From: Candidatus Latescibacterota bacterium
GTDB lineage: Bacteria; Latescibacterota; UBA2968; UBA8231
Assembly (NCBI GenBank): GCA_965248265.1
Contig: CBDFJF010000002.1
Location: forward strand, 1,824,001 to 1,888,000
DNA length: 64,000 nt
Reading direction: 5' to 3'
Part shown: positions 38,942 to 49,232 of the stretch, in pieces
Layout of the letters: each line of letters opens with the position of its first letter
Position numbering within the stretch: the first letter of the stretch is position 1
Made by a program: the position numbers and the translations under genes
Notes under the pieces: model-generated
The model's database searches: none
What the model saw: only the letters and a program-made list of their open reading frames with translations
What the model was told of the DNA's origin: nothing

Positions 38942-40176
38942 TGACGGTTCGCTGGTTGAGTTGCGTCTACTTATGTTGAATCGCCAGTGTTCACGGATAT
39001 CAGTGCCTCGTCGCGAGGTGACATCAAACTCATAACCAGTGGGGCTTGCTCTGATGGCTCAGATTCTAACTCGCCACACCGTCGTCCGCGACGGCTGGCA
39101 CAACATGTGTACGGACCTCTGCTTCTGGCAGGACACCTTCTGGCTCGCCCACGCTCGGCCGTCCGCACACAGCTCCCCAGACGGCCTCGTCGTCCTGCAC
39201 CGGTCGGCAGACCTGCTACGCTGGAGCGAGGTCGCCGTATTCAAGGGGACGTGCGATTTGAGAGATCCGGCGCTGGTGGGCACCGACGACGAGCTCTTCC
39301 TGTTCGCCATCGACAGCCACTATGAGCTGGAGGCGAGCGGAAAGGAGCGGGAGATAGCCGACACCTACGTCTTCGCATCGAAGGACGGCTACCGGTGGTC
39401 GGAGCCGGAGAAGGCATATGAAAAGAACTACTGGCTGTGGCGCGTGCGGGAGCACAAAGGAACCTTCTACAGCCCGGAAAAGGGAGGCGAGCTCTTGTCC
39501 AGCCCGGACGGCCGCACATGGTCATTCCTGTCGAGGATTGCCGATGATGGGATGAGCGAGCAGGAGCGCCAGGAGCTGCGCAAGGTAGAGCACCGTATGA
39601 CGCCGAACTTCAACGAAGCGGACGTCATCTTCCGGCCGGACGGGGAGCTGTGGTGTGTCTCGCGTACTAAGCGGGAGGGCCATCATTCGCTCCTATACAT
39701 TTCCAAACCGCCATACGAGGACTGGGAGTCCGTGGACCTCAAGGCGATGATCCACTGCCCGGCGCTGTGTGAGTCGGGGGGGAAGGTTTATGTGGCCGGG
39801 CGCCGTGCTACCGACACTCCGTGGATTCCGCAGCACTCGCCGCCGGGTAACACGGCGATCTTCCTGCTGGACCGCAACGGGGTGACGCCGGTGTTCGCGC
39901 TGCCGAGCAGCGGCGACGCGGCCTATCCGGGCCTTGTCTCGATCGAGGAGGACCGGCTGATCATCAGCTACTACTCGCAGCACGCCTATCTGAGCGGGGT
40001 GATCGAGGGCGAGAAGAGGTCCCTGCACCACATCGAGCGGTGGGCCTCTCTCAATCGTGCAGCACCGCCGCCCGACTACCCTCTGGAGCTGTCGCACTTC
40101 AAGAACGGGCCTGCCGACATCTACGTCGCCGAAATTGACCTGACGGCCGAGGGCGCGGAGCTGTCATTCTGACGAT
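38942..40176 (+). repeat. ~1.23-kb direct repeat, copy 1 (copy 2 at 41089..42317)
   Basis: Homology from TGACGGTTCG through CTGTCATTCTGACGAT, including the upstream region. Confidence 0.92.
39054..40172 (+). CDS. Sialidase-like beta-propeller protein, copy A
   Basis: HNMCTDL, RDP, FNEAD and LPSSGDAAYPG...YYSQH. Confidence 0.82.
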   Translation: MAQILTRHTVVRDGWHNMCTDLCFWQDTFWLAHARPSAHSSPDGLVVLHRSADLLRWSEVAVFKGTCDLRDPALVGTDDELFLFAIDSHYELEASGKEREIADTYVFASKDGYRWSEPEKAYEKNYWLWRVREHKGTFYSPEKGGELLSSPDGRTWSFLSRIADDGMSEQERQELRKVEHRMTPNFNEADVIFRPDGELWCVSRTKREGHHSLLYISKPPYEDWESVDLKAMIHCPALCESGGKVYVAGRRATDTPWIPQHSPPGNTAIFLLDRNGVTPVFALPSSGDAAYPGLVSIEEDRLIISYYSQHAYLSGVIEGEKRSLHHIERWASLNRAAPPPDYPLELSHFKNGPADIYVAEIDLTAEGAELSF

Positions 40177-40230
40177 TGGTGCGTGTCGCCTGTGTGTCCG
40201 CTAGTAATCAGTAGCGGAGAATGGGGAATT

Positions 40231-41091
40231 ATGGCTGTTCTGAGTAAGGAAGATTGGGCGTTTTGGGAGGAGAATGGGTATGTGGTCGTGCCCGACGCCG
40301 TGCCGCAAGAGAATCTCGACGCCACAGTCGATGCAATCTGGACTTTTTTAGAGATCGACCGGGACGATCGGGAGCAGTGGTACGGGCACAAGCCCTATAC
40401 GCGCGAGGATTATGGCAGCTCGCCAATTTCGGCGGGAGGGATTGTGGAGATTTACCAGCACCAGGCGTTGTGGGACAATCGGCAGTATCCCGAGGTCCAT
40501 CAGGCCTTTTCTGAGATTTGGGGGACCGAGAAGTTGTGGGTGTCGGTGGACCGGGCGTGTATGAAGCCGCCGGCGCGGGAGGATAACCCGGAGTATAGCA
40601 ATAAGGGGTTTATCCACTGGGATGTGGATACGGCTAACCATCCGGTCCCCTTTGGGGTGCAGGGCGTGTTGTACCTGACCGATACGGCGGAGGACCAGGG
40701 GGGGTTCCAGTGCGTGCCGGGCTTTCACCGGATGTTCGACGAATGGGTCAAGACGCAACCGGAGGATCGCCATACGCGGCGGCCCGATCTGCAGGGATTG
40801 GAGGTCAAACCGATTGCGGGCCAGGCGGGAGATTTGTTGATCTGGCATCGGATGCTGGCGCACGGCAATGGCCCCAATCGATCGGACAGACCGCGGATGG
40901 CCCAGTATATCAACATGTCGCCGGCGGGAAACGGCAAAGAGAAGCGGCAGCAGCTGATCGAGGGTTGGCAGGAGCGGCGGGCGACGGCCGGCTGGCCGGG
41001 AGACGACCGCGATTGGGAGCACAAACATCAGGAGCCGGCGGTGTTGACCGAGCTGGGTCGCAAGCTGCTCGGCGTGGATTCGTGGAGTTGA
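40231..41091 (+). CDS. PhyH-family dioxygenase
   Basis: FIHWD, GGFQCVPGFH and LAHGNGPN...PR. Confidence 0.92.
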   Translation: MAVLSKEDWAFWEENGYVVVPDAVPQENLDATVDAIWTFLEIDRDDREQWYGHKPYTREDYGSSPISAGGIVEIYQHQALWDNRQYPEVHQAFSEIWGTEKLWVSVDRACMKPPAREDNPEYSNKGFIHWDVDTANHPVPFGVQGVLYLTDTAEDQGGFQCVPGFHRMFDEWVKTQPEDRHTRRPDLQGLEVKPIAGQAGDLLIWHRMLAHGNGPNRSDRPRMAQYINMSPAGNGKEKRQQLIEGWQERRATAGWPGDDRDWEHKHQEPAVLTELGRKLLGVDSWS

Positions 41092-42317
41092 CGGTTCGAC
41101 GGCTGAATTTCGTCTACTTATCTTGAGCTGTTCTCCGATAGCAGTGCCTCGTCGCGAGGTACCACCACACTCATAACCAGTGGGGCTTGCTCTGATGGCC
41201 AAGATTCTAACTCACCACACCGTCGTCCGCGATGGCTGGCACAATATGTGTACGGACCTTTGCCACTGGCAGGACACCTTTTGGCTCGTCCATACCCGGA
41301 CCTCCGCGCACACCTCGCCGGACGGCGTCGTCGTCCTGCACCGATCGGCGGACCTGCTACGCTGGGAAGAGGTCGCGGTATTCAAGACGCCGAACGGTGC
41401 AGGGGATCCGAAGCTGGTGGCCACCGACGACGAGCTCTTCGTGTTCGTCATTGACAGCCACTTTGAACTGGAGGCGAGCGGACGGGAGCGGCAGATAGCC
41501 GACACCTACGTCTTCGTTTCGGACGACGGCTACAGGTGGTCGGCGCCGACGAAGGCATATGACAGAAACTACTGGCTGTGGCGCGTGCGGGTGCACGATG
41601 GAATCTTCTACTGCCCCGAAAAGGGAGGCGAGCTCCTGTCCAGCCCGGACGGCCGCGAGTGGTCATCCGTCTCGAGGATTGCCGATGATGGGATGAGCGA
41701 GCAGGAGCGGCAGGAGCTGCGCCAGGTAGAGCACCGCATGACGCCGAACTTCAACGAGGCGGACGTCATCTTCCGGCCCGACGGGGAGCTGTGGTGTGTC
41801 TCGCGCACGAAACGGGACGGCCACCATTCGCTCCTCTACATTTCCAAGCCACCATACGAAGACTGGGAGTGCGTGGACCTCGAGGCGATGATCCACTGCC
41901 CGGCGCTGTGTGAGTCGGGGGGGAAGGTCTATGTATCCGGGCGCCGCGACACTAGCACAGCCTGGATTCCGCAACACTCGCCGCCGGGCAACACGGCGAT
42001 CTTCCTGTTGGACCGCAACGGAGTGACGCCGGTGTTCGCGCTGCCGAGCAGCGGCGACGCGGCCTATCCGGGCCTTGTCTCGATCGAGGAGGACCGGCTG
42101 ATCATCAGCTACTACTCGCAACACGCCTATCTGAGCGGGGTGATCGAGGGCGAGAAGAGGTCCCTGCACCACATCGAGCGGTGGGGCCGTCTCCGGCGGT
42201 CAGCGCCCCCACCCGACTACCCGCTCGAGCTGTCGTACTTCAAGAATGGGCCTGCCGACGTTTACGTCGCCGAAATCGACCTGACGGCCGAGGGCGCAGA
42301 ACTGTCATTCTGACGAT
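41089..42317 (+). repeat. ~1.23-kb direct repeat, copy 2
   Basis: See 38942..40176. Confidence 0.92.
41195..42313 (+). CDS. Sialidase-like beta-propeller protein, copy B
   Basis: Same length as copy A and colinear with it. Confidence 0.82.
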   Translation: MAKILTHHTVVRDGWHNMCTDLCHWQDTFWLVHTRTSAHTSPDGVVVLHRSADLLRWEEVAVFKTPNGAGDPKLVATDDELFVFVIDSHFELEASGRERQIADTYVFVSDDGYRWSAPTKAYDRNYWLWRVRVHDGIFYCPEKGGELLSSPDGREWSSVSRIADDGMSEQERQELRQVEHRMTPNFNEADVIFRPDGELWCVSRTKRDGHHSLLYISKPPYEDWECVDLEAMIHCPALCESGGKVYVSGRRDTSTAWIPQHSPPGNTAIFLLDRNGVTPVFALPSSGDAAYPGLVSIEEDRLIISYYSQHAYLSGVIEGEKRSLHHIERWGRLRRSAPPPDYPLELSYFKNGPADVYVAEIDLTAEGAELSF

Positions 42318-45300
42318 CGCACATGTCGCCATCGTCTTTTCAGCGCTGATCGTCTGGTGCCTCTCGCACGGCGTGGCGGCTGCTGAAACATCCATAGCGC
42401 TTCGCGCAACCGAGCTGGCCGGGGCCGACCGCGACGGCGAGATCGTCACTTCCGGCGTGCCGTTGAGCATGGGCATGCTCAACGACGTGTCGCAGAGCCG
42501 GCTGCTGGACGCGGAGGGTAATGGAGTGCCCTTCATCGGCACCGTGCTGGCGCGCTGGCCAGACGAGTCGGTGAAGTGGCTGCTCCTCGACTTTCGCGCC
42601 TCCGTTGCCGCGCGGCAAACGGCCCGTTTCACGCTGGATTGTGGTGGAGGATCGTCGAGGGCGAAGCTGAACGGACCGCTGGTGTCCGTCAGCGAAGGTG
42701 ACCGCTTCATAGAGGTCACCACCGGGCCGCTGCGCTTCCGCGTCAGCCGCCTCCCGCGCTACACCTTCCTGGACGGTGTATGGTTCGACGTCGACGGCGA
42801 CGGTGCCTTCTCAGCGGCCGAGTCCGTGGTGGCCGCCGGAGAGGGCGACAGCCGACTCGAGGTCGAGACCACGCCGCCTGGACCGCCGCAGGAGGAGAAC
42901 TGGCTTCTCGACGCAGCGGGTGGCCCCCGCGACAGGTACGAAGCCGTTGTCACCGAGGCGCGGGTGGAGTTCGCCAATCCCCTGCGCGCTGTGGTGTTGG
43001 TTCGGGGCCAGTACCGGGACGACGGCGGCGGCAGCATCGGTCCGTTCTGGACGCGATACACGGCGTGGGCCGGCGCTACAACCATCGGCGTCGAGCACTT
43101 CTTCGCCTTCGACGCCGATGTGGAAGAGGCGTTCCTCCGATCGCTGTCGCTGGGGCTGAGGTTTGCCGGCGACGGGCCGCTGCGGGCGACGTTCGGACTC
43201 GGGGAAGGCGAGAGCGCTGCGCCCGATACAACCCTCGCTGAGACAGCGCTGGTCGAGGTGATGCCGGATCGGTTTTACCACCTCGTGCCGTTGAGCGTCG
43301 ACCGACGGGTGCGATACCAGGTAGTCGGCAAGCGCGCTGACGGCGATGATCAGGTGCTGAAGGAAGGCGTAGAGGCAGCCGGCTGGGTTCGGCTAGAAGG
43401 CGACCGGGCGACGACGACGATCGCCTTGCGTGACTTTCCGCGGCTGCACCCCAAAGAGATCCGAGTCGAGCCGGGCGAGAAGTCGTTGCGCTACTTCCTG
43501 TGGCCGGAACGCGGCGACAAGGTCCTGGATCTGCGCCGTCGCTACCAGGGACAGCGGGTAGAGGACCACTACGACACCGGCGAATATGACCCCGCTGGCC
43601 GCGGCTTCGGCAAGACCCATCAACTGCTGATCGACTTCAGTGTCAATACGATGAGTGACGCCGCTGCGAGCGCAGATGCTGCGGCCGCTGCATTGGCCCG
43701 TCGCGCCGACGAGCCGTTGCGTGCGTTCTGCACCCCCGAGCACTACGCCTCGTGCGATGTTTGGAACCGGTTCCACACCGTCGACACAGATCGTTTCCCC
43801 CAGACCGAGGCGATGATCCGCCTGGGAATCGAATGGGCCCTGCGTCTGCCGCGGACCTTCCACTGGGACGGCATCGTCGACTGGGGCGACACCTTCTTCC
43901 AGGGGTACGAAGGGGCCCCGCACGGCCAGGTCGCCGACGTGCCTAAGACGAGTTGGGTCTCGCGTGGGTACGACGGCTGGTTCAACAACGACTGCAACGT
44001 GGCCCACGACCTCATGATCCTGTTCCTGCGCTCGGCCGATGACCGGCTCTTCCAGTACTGGGAGCGGATGGTCCAGCACGTCATGGACGTCGACACGATC
44101 CACGCCGCCCAGGACTCGACCGAGGTCGGGGGCGGCCGGCGTCACGACCAGCAGCACTGGGGCGCATCGTACACGGGCTACGGCACGGCCGCCGTCGAAG
44201 CAGGAGAGCTCTACTACCTCACCGGCAGCCTCTGGGCGAGGGAGATGCTCATCAAGTATGCCGACTGGTACATGGTGGGCGGCGGCGCGGAATGGGAGAC
44301 CCGCCTGCCCTGTCTGGTCCTGGCCTGGGAGGCTACCGGCGACGAACGATACATGCGCTACATCGAGCGTCCGGAGATGCGGGACGACGTCTACGGACTG
44401 GCGATGGGTATGCACGGCGGCATCGACGACCCACACTTTCGCACCAATGGCGTCGAAGTCGGAGTCGACTTCCTGTATCGGGCCACCGGCGACGCCCAGT
44501 GGCTGGACCATCTGACCACAGCGGCGCACCGTATGATCGAAGGCAACCCGGGCAACAAGTACGGCCGGTCGCTCGTGGCGAAAGCGTACCTGGCTACCAG
44601 CGACCCGGAAGTTCTCGACTGGCTGCGGCGACTGCTGGTAGTAGCCGATCCGTACGGGCGTGTGGGGCTGGCGGAGTTCTTCCAGCAGAATCGGATCCCT
44701 GACGACCTCAGCGGTCTCCCATTCGGCGAGCTTTCCGAGCTGTTCAAGACTTCCGCGATGGAGGGCGTGCGCAAATTCATCTACACCTACCGGTACTTTC
44801 CCTACGTGATGGCGGCACTGACAGAGGCGGGGCTGGACGAGGGCCAGATGGAGCTGATCGACTTCACCCTCGACCGGCGCGGCATGGGACAGTACCACCT
44901 GCGCGGGGCCGATGTGATAACCCCGGCTGACGCGCGCTACGAGTCGGTGCCAATCGTCACCGTGGCGAACACCGATCCATTAGCGGACCCATTCAGTCTA
45001 TATGCACAGTGGCAGCGGCATCCCCTCCAGCCGGGCGAAATCGGCTTCGATTTCGGCGAGCGGCAGGTCAGTATCGATGCGGGAGAGACTGAGCCTGGCT
45101 ACCTGCCTGTGCGCACAGCCACGGCGTATCCGTACAAGGCCCCGATCCCGCGCGCCGCGGAGCATGATGGTACGAATCTCATCGGCCTTCCCTTTGGCAC
45201 GACCTGGCACATCAACAGCGTGCCCTTCGACTTGCCGGACCCGGCGTCGGTCACGGACGGGCACACGATGCTCGTAGTCGGCAAAGGCGAGCGAGTGGTC

Positions 45301-46527
45301 ATTCCCATCGGCCGGACCGTGCGCAAGCTCTACGTGCTCGGACACGTGGTGCGGGCCCGCTCGAGCTGGAAGGAAACGGGTGCGCACTACCACCTCAACT
45401 ACGCCGACGGCACTACACGACGCATCGACCTGGACAACCTGACGGACTACGAAAACGTGTTCCAGTGGGGGTTCGCCTCGCGCAGTTTGTTCGCCCGCAA
45501 CTGGAAGGTGCAGGGCGGCTGGGACGGCGGCGCGCCGATCCTGAACAACTACCCGATCCAATGTGAGGCGAAACCGCTCGATGAGCTCGTCATTGAGGAC
45601 GCCGGACAGGGCATCGGCTTCATGATCCTGGCGGTCACGGCCGAGGTCGAAGGTGCCGTGCCGGAAGAGCACGTAATCGACCTGTCTTTCGCCGAACCGG
45701 GTGCGTCGAGGAATCTGTGGCGCGAAGGATCAGTTTCCGGCTGGCTCAACGTTGAGGGGGAACTTACAGAAAGTAGCGGCGTGTTGTCTGACGGCACGGC
45801 GACGTACAGGACCATGCTGGACGATGGCCAGTACGACGCAGAACTGGAATTGTCCGGCGTCGGCTGGGGTGGACCCTTCAACGTCCGCGCAAATGGACGC
45901 ATGGTCACTCGTGGTTACGTGGCCAGTAGCGGAGGCGTTCCCGGCGTCACCAGCCGTCCCGAGCGCATCCGCTTCCCGGTGACCGTTTCCGGAGGCAAGC
46001 TGGACCTCACGCTGGAAGCCGACCGCACCGTTGGCAACTGGTGGCATCCCAAGCGGCTGAGCGGGGGCGCATGGCAGCTGACGCACATGCGTGTGTTTGC
46101 TTCGCAGGAGCGGGTGCCAGCGGCACGAGAGGAGATCATCCATGGGTGGCTCGAGCCGGACCTGACCGTGATGCCGCTGCCACCGGACGAGGTCGGTCGC
46201 CTCCCGGACGCACGCCTGCGCACCTGTATCCGCAGCAAAGATCCCTCTGGTACCTTCCGTGCCGACTTCCCGCCGGGCGACTACGAAGTCGAGCTGACCT
46301 TCGCCCTCCGCGGCGCCGGGACGCGTGAAGGGCCGGTGAAGATGGACGTGACACTGCAGGGCAAGCGTGTTCTCACGGATTTCGACGGCGGCGCATACGA
46401 CAGGCCGGTTGTGCAGACCTACCCTGTGCGCATTGAACCCGACGGTCACCTGGAGGTCAAGCTCGAGAGCGCGAGTGGTGACAACGAATGGGGGATCAGC
46501 GCGTTGGTCGTGCGGCCGATCAGCTGA
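42310..46527 (+). CDS. ~1400-aa secreted protein, exo-rhamnogalacturonan-lyase (PL26/YetA)-like core with C-terminal lectin/malectin-like domains
   Basis: Signal-like LTIAHVAIVFSALIVWCLSHGVAAA, TSGVPL...LARWPDESVKWLLLDF, WFNND and GGGRRHDQQHWG. Start codon uncertain. Confidence 0.75.
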   Translation: MTIAHVAIVFSALIVWCLSHGVAAAETSIALRATELAGADRDGEIVTSGVPLSMGMLNDVSQSRLLDAEGNGVPFIGTVLARWPDESVKWLLLDFRASVAARQTARFTLDCGGGSSRAKLNGPLVSVSEGDRFIEVTTGPLRFRVSRLPRYTFLDGVWFDVDGDGAFSAAESVVAAGEGDSRLEVETTPPGPPQEENWLLDAAGGPRDRYEAVVTEARVEFANPLRAVVLVRGQYRDDGGGSIGPFWTRYTAWAGATTIGVEHFFAFDADVEEAFLRSLSLGLRFAGDGPLRATFGLGEGESAAPDTTLAETALVEVMPDRFYHLVPLSVDRRVRYQVVGKRADGDDQVLKEGVEAAGWVRLEGDRATTTIALRDFPRLHPKEIRVEPGEKSLRYFLWPERGDKVLDLRRRYQGQRVEDHYDTGEYDPAGRGFGKTHQLLIDFSVNTMSDAAASADAAAAALARRADEPLRAFCTPEHYASCDVWNRFHTVDTDRFPQTEAMIRLGIEWALRLPRTFHWDGIVDWGDTFFQGYEGAPHGQVADVPKTSWVSRGYDGWFNNDCNVAHDLMILFLRSADDRLFQYWERMVQHVMDVDTIHAAQDSTEVGGGRRHDQQHWGASYTGYGTAAVEAGELYYLTGSLWAREMLIKYADWYMVGGGAEWETRLPCLVLAWEATGDERYMRYIERPEMRDDVYGLAMGMHGGIDDPHFRTNGVEVGVDFLYRATGDAQWLDHLTTAAHRMIEGNPGNKYGRSLVAKAYLATSDPEVLDWLRRLLVVADPYGRVGLAEFFQQNRIPDDLSGLPFGELSELFKTSAMEGVRKFIYTYRYFPYVMAALTEAGLDEGQMELIDFTLDRRGMGQYHLRGADVITPADARYESVPIVTVANTDPLADPFSLYAQWQRHPLQPGEIGFDFGERQVSIDAGETEPGYLPVRTATAYPYKAPIPRAAEHDGTNLIGLPFGTTWHINSVPFDLPDPASVTDGHTMLVVGKGERVVIPIGRTVRKLYVLGHVVRARSSWKETGAHYHLNYADGTTRRIDLDNLTDYENVFQWGFASRSLFARNWKVQGGWDGGAPILNNYPIQCEAKPLDELVIEDAGQGIGFMILAVTAEVEGAVPEEHVIDLSFAEPGASRNLWREGSVSGWLNVEGELTESSGVLSDGTATYRTMLDDGQYDAELELSGVGWGGPFNVRANGRMVTRGYVASSGGVPGVTSRPERIRFPVTVSGGKLDLTLEADRTVGNWWHPKRLSGGAWQLTHMRVFASQERVPAAREEIIHGWLEPDLTVMPLPPDEVGRLPDARLRTCIRSKDPSGTFRADFPPGDYEVELTFALRGAGTREGPVKMDVTLQGKRVLTDFDGGAYDRPVVQTYPVRIEPDGHLEVKLESASGDNEWGISALVVRPIS

Positions 46528-47533
46528 CGGCAGCAATCCACTCTTGAAAGCTGTCGTCGTCGACGTTGCGCCCACTGACGACGATGACGACATCGCCCTC
46601 CCCATCCTTCACGTCCACCGCTCCGGTCAGGGCGGCCGCCACCGCGATGGCCCCTGACGGCTCGGTGCGCAGGCCGTGCTGCTGGTACAGCCAGCGCATG
46701 GCCGCCTGCGTATCCGTATCGGGCACAGACACCGCCGACGGCACGAGTTCGCGCAGGATCGGCCAGTTGTGCTCACCGACGTCATACGAGAGCAGCCCGT
46801 CGCAGATACTCTCTGGCTTTTCGATCGAGATTCGCTCGGCCGCCGCCAGTGATTGGCAGTAGTCGTCGGCGCCCGCGGGTTCGACGCCGACGATCGCGGC
46901 CTGTGGAAATCCGTCGGCGATGGCGAGCGCGTGACCGGCCATCAGCCCGCCGCCGCTGACTTGACAGATGAACTGCGAAACATCTCGATCCTGGCGGCGC
47001 AGCTCTTCGACAATCTCGAGACCGCCGACACCGTTGCCGGCGATCACGTGATCGTCATCATAAGGCGAGGCCTGGACCGCGCTCTCTTCCTCGGCAATCT
47101 CCCGCGTCAGTTTATCCCGTTGACCGGTCAGATGATCGGTAGCGATGTCGAAGGTGCGGATCTCGGCGCCGAACGACCGCGTGCGTTCGAACTTCACTCT
47201 GGGAGCGGTGTCCGGCATGACGATGATGACCCGCTTGCCGTAGCGCATGCCGGCGAAAGCGATCCCCGAGGCGAAGTTGCCCGACGAGTGCGCGGCGACC
47301 GGCTTGTCGCCGATCCGTTCGAGGTTGTTCGCCATCCAGTTAAGCGCGCCGAGAAGCTTGAACGAGCCAACGGGCGTCCAGCCGTAGTCCTTCAGCCACA
47401 CCTGGCGACCTTCTCCGAGTTCCAGCTCTCGCTCCAGGGCGTAGGAGCGCACGAGCGGAGCGGGAGACACGTGCCGGCGTATGACTTCCTGCGCTGTGCG
47501 GACGTCGTCGATGGTGGCTATGCGAATGGACAT
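46520..47533 (-). CDS. Threonine/serine dehydratase-like PLP enzyme
   Basis: GSFKL, SSGNFA, SGGGL, EPSGA and SGRNVD. Confidence 0.9.
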   Translation of the reverse strand: MSIRIATIDDVRTAQEVIRRHVSPAPLVRSYALERELELGEGRQVWLKDYGWTPVGSFKLLGALNWMANNLERIGDKPVAAHSSGNFASGIAFAGMRYGKRVIIVMPDTAPRVKFERTRSFGAEIRTFDIATDHLTGQRDKLTREIAEEESAVQASPYDDDHVIAGNGVGGLEIVEELRRQDRDVSQFICQVSGGGLMAGHALAIADGFPQAAIVGVEPAGADDYCQSLAAAERISIEKPESICDGLLSYDVGEHNWPILRELVPSAVSVPDTDTQAAMRWLYQQHGLRTEPSGAIAVAAALTGAVDVKDGEGDVVIVVSGRNVDDDSFQEWIAAVS

Positions 47534-47560
47534 GATCGTGGCTCCACTGGAGGTCAGACT

Positions 47561-48988
47561 TCAGAACGTGTCCTTGGGATTGGTCAGCGGGCACCACCGA
47601 GCCTCGAACAGCGAGTCGAGCAGCGCCTGAAGGGCTCTCGGTGATCCGATCTTTCGCAACGCCAATCCACCGTAGAAGCGGTTGTAGCGGTTCTCGTCAG
47701 ACAACAGCGGCAGGATGTCGCGGACCGCTGAGTCAGCCTCAGGGCCAATCTTCGCCAGCGTCAGCGCGGCGTTGCGACGCACCCGATAGTCACTGTCGCC
47801 AACCGCTTCGCTCATCGCCGTGACGAGATCGCCGCCGTACACGCCGATCATGCCGAGCCCCTCGGCCGCGTTGCGCCGGACCCACCAGTGCTCGTCACGC
47901 ACAGCACACATCAACGCCGGGACGGCCTCCTCGGCCTCTGGCCCCATGCGGGCCAGGGCACCGGCGGAGACAGCGCGCACCCACCAGTGTTCATCGCGCA
48001 TCCCGTCTGTCAGGGCCGGAATCGCAGCCGACCCCACCGCCGTCAACGCCGTGGCCGCCGGCCCGGGAGTCGGGTTCGTTCCGTGGGCGTTGTCCGGGGT
48101 TTTGGCGGTGGTCTCCTCGATCGCAGCCAGTGTCTGTGCGCGCATCGCTGCAACCAGCTCGTGAACCGCAGGCGCGCCAGTGGCGGCCAACTGGTAAGCT
48201 TCTTCGAGCCGAGCAGCCTCGGAATCGCCGTTTGCTGCGCTCGCAGCCGCAACGCCCTCGGCTCCATCACGCCGGCTCCTCCCACGAAGCCAATCCCAGA
48301 TATCGCGGGACACTTCCGGATTGGGGGTGTCTATCCAAGGCGCCCAGGCGGTGCTCCGGTGGTCCCACGCGGGCGCGATCGGCTCCCGCATGCGCGCGAA
48401 CTGGAACTTGAGCATGTAGCGATTGCGGTCACTGACATTCTGAATCGCCCTGTGCCACGAGTCGAAATGAATGAGGGCCACGGTGCCGGCGGGGCCACAG
48501 ATGCCAGCCTCTTCCTCGCGTGTTTGAGTGGGATCCGGATCGCTGATCGTGCGGTAGAACTGCGTCCGCGGCAGCACTCCGGACGGCCCCATGTCGGGGG
48601 TGGTGTCCTGGGGGTAGTAGAAGGCCAGGAGCCAGTAGAAACGCGGATGCCGCAGGTTGTGGTCGTAAACGTAACAGTCCTTGTGCCACTTCTGGCCTTT
48701 GCTGCCGGGCAGGTTGAGGTGACAGTGTCGATGCGGATTCAAGTTGTAGCCCGGTCCCAACAGGCTGGTCAGGGCGCCAGCCACAGCAGGGTGCTCGAAC
48801 ACCCGCCCGAGGTCGGGAATACGCGGCAGGATGTTGTTGCCGGGGTTGCCTTCGTCCTCGAACACTTCGTCGATCTGTCGGCAGACACCTTCGTGGAAGG
48901 AGGGCCGGTAGTCGGCGCGAACGGTCAGGTACCCGTTTGCGATGAATTGCTGTACCTGCTCGTCCGTTAACAGTTTCAACTGGCTCAA
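47561..48988 (-). CDS. PhyH-family dioxygenase fused to HEAT/PBS repeats
   Basis: TTG start with GGAGG RBS. Motifs QKWHKD and WHRA, plus repeats DEHWWVRxxAAxxL. Confidence 0.88.
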   Translation of the reverse strand: MSQLKLLTDEQVQQFIANGYLTVRADYRPSFHEGVCRQIDEVFEDEGNPGNNILPRIPDLGRVFEHPAVAGALTSLLGPGYNLNPHRHCHLNLPGSKGQKWHKDCYVYDHNLRHPRFYWLLAFYYPQDTTPDMGPSGVLPRTQFYRTISDPDPTQTREEEAGICGPAGTVALIHFDSWHRAIQNVSDRNRYMLKFQFARMREPIAPAWDHRSTAWAPWIDTPNPEVSRDIWDWLRGRSRRDGAEGVAAASAANGDSEAARLEEAYQLAATGAPAVHELVAAMRAQTLAAIEETTAKTPDNAHGTNPTPGPAATALTAVGSAAIPALTDGMRDEHWWVRAVSAGALARMGPEAEEAVPALMCAVRDEHWWVRRNAAEGLGMIGVYGGDLVTAMSEAVGDSDYRVRRNAALTLAKIGPEADSAVRDILPLLSDENRYNRFYGGLALRKIGSPRALQALLDSLFEARWCPLTNPKDTF

Positions 48989-49021
48989 GGTGCACCTCCG
49001 GAGTAGGCCGCCGCTCGCCGC

Positions 49022-49089
49022 CTACATGTTACTGAGAAACCGCCCCCGTTCGCCAATCAGTGAAAAGACCATCCCCCACACCCCGTTCA
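49022..49089 (-). pseudogene. 68-bp 3' tail of a DUF6785-like gene
   Basis: NGVWGMVFSLIGERGRFLSNM* compared with NGVWGIIFSLIGERGRILSNM* at 51140. Confidence 0.85.
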
Positions 49090-49186
49090 ATCAACAAACT
49101 CCAAGCCAAACTGACAAGGCGAGCGTCGGCCTGTCCGAAATCACCACTTGACTGACTACCGATAACCTGTTTTATAATCACTATCC
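49090..49186 (+). mobile_element. IS91/ISCR tail remnant with oriIS-like end G
   Basis: TTGACTGACTACCG-ATAACCTGTTTTATAATCACTATCC. Confidence 0.62.
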
Positions 49187-49232
49187 ACTAGCCGTTCGCA
49201 GCACCTCTCGCCGTATTCGGTACAATAGCGCC

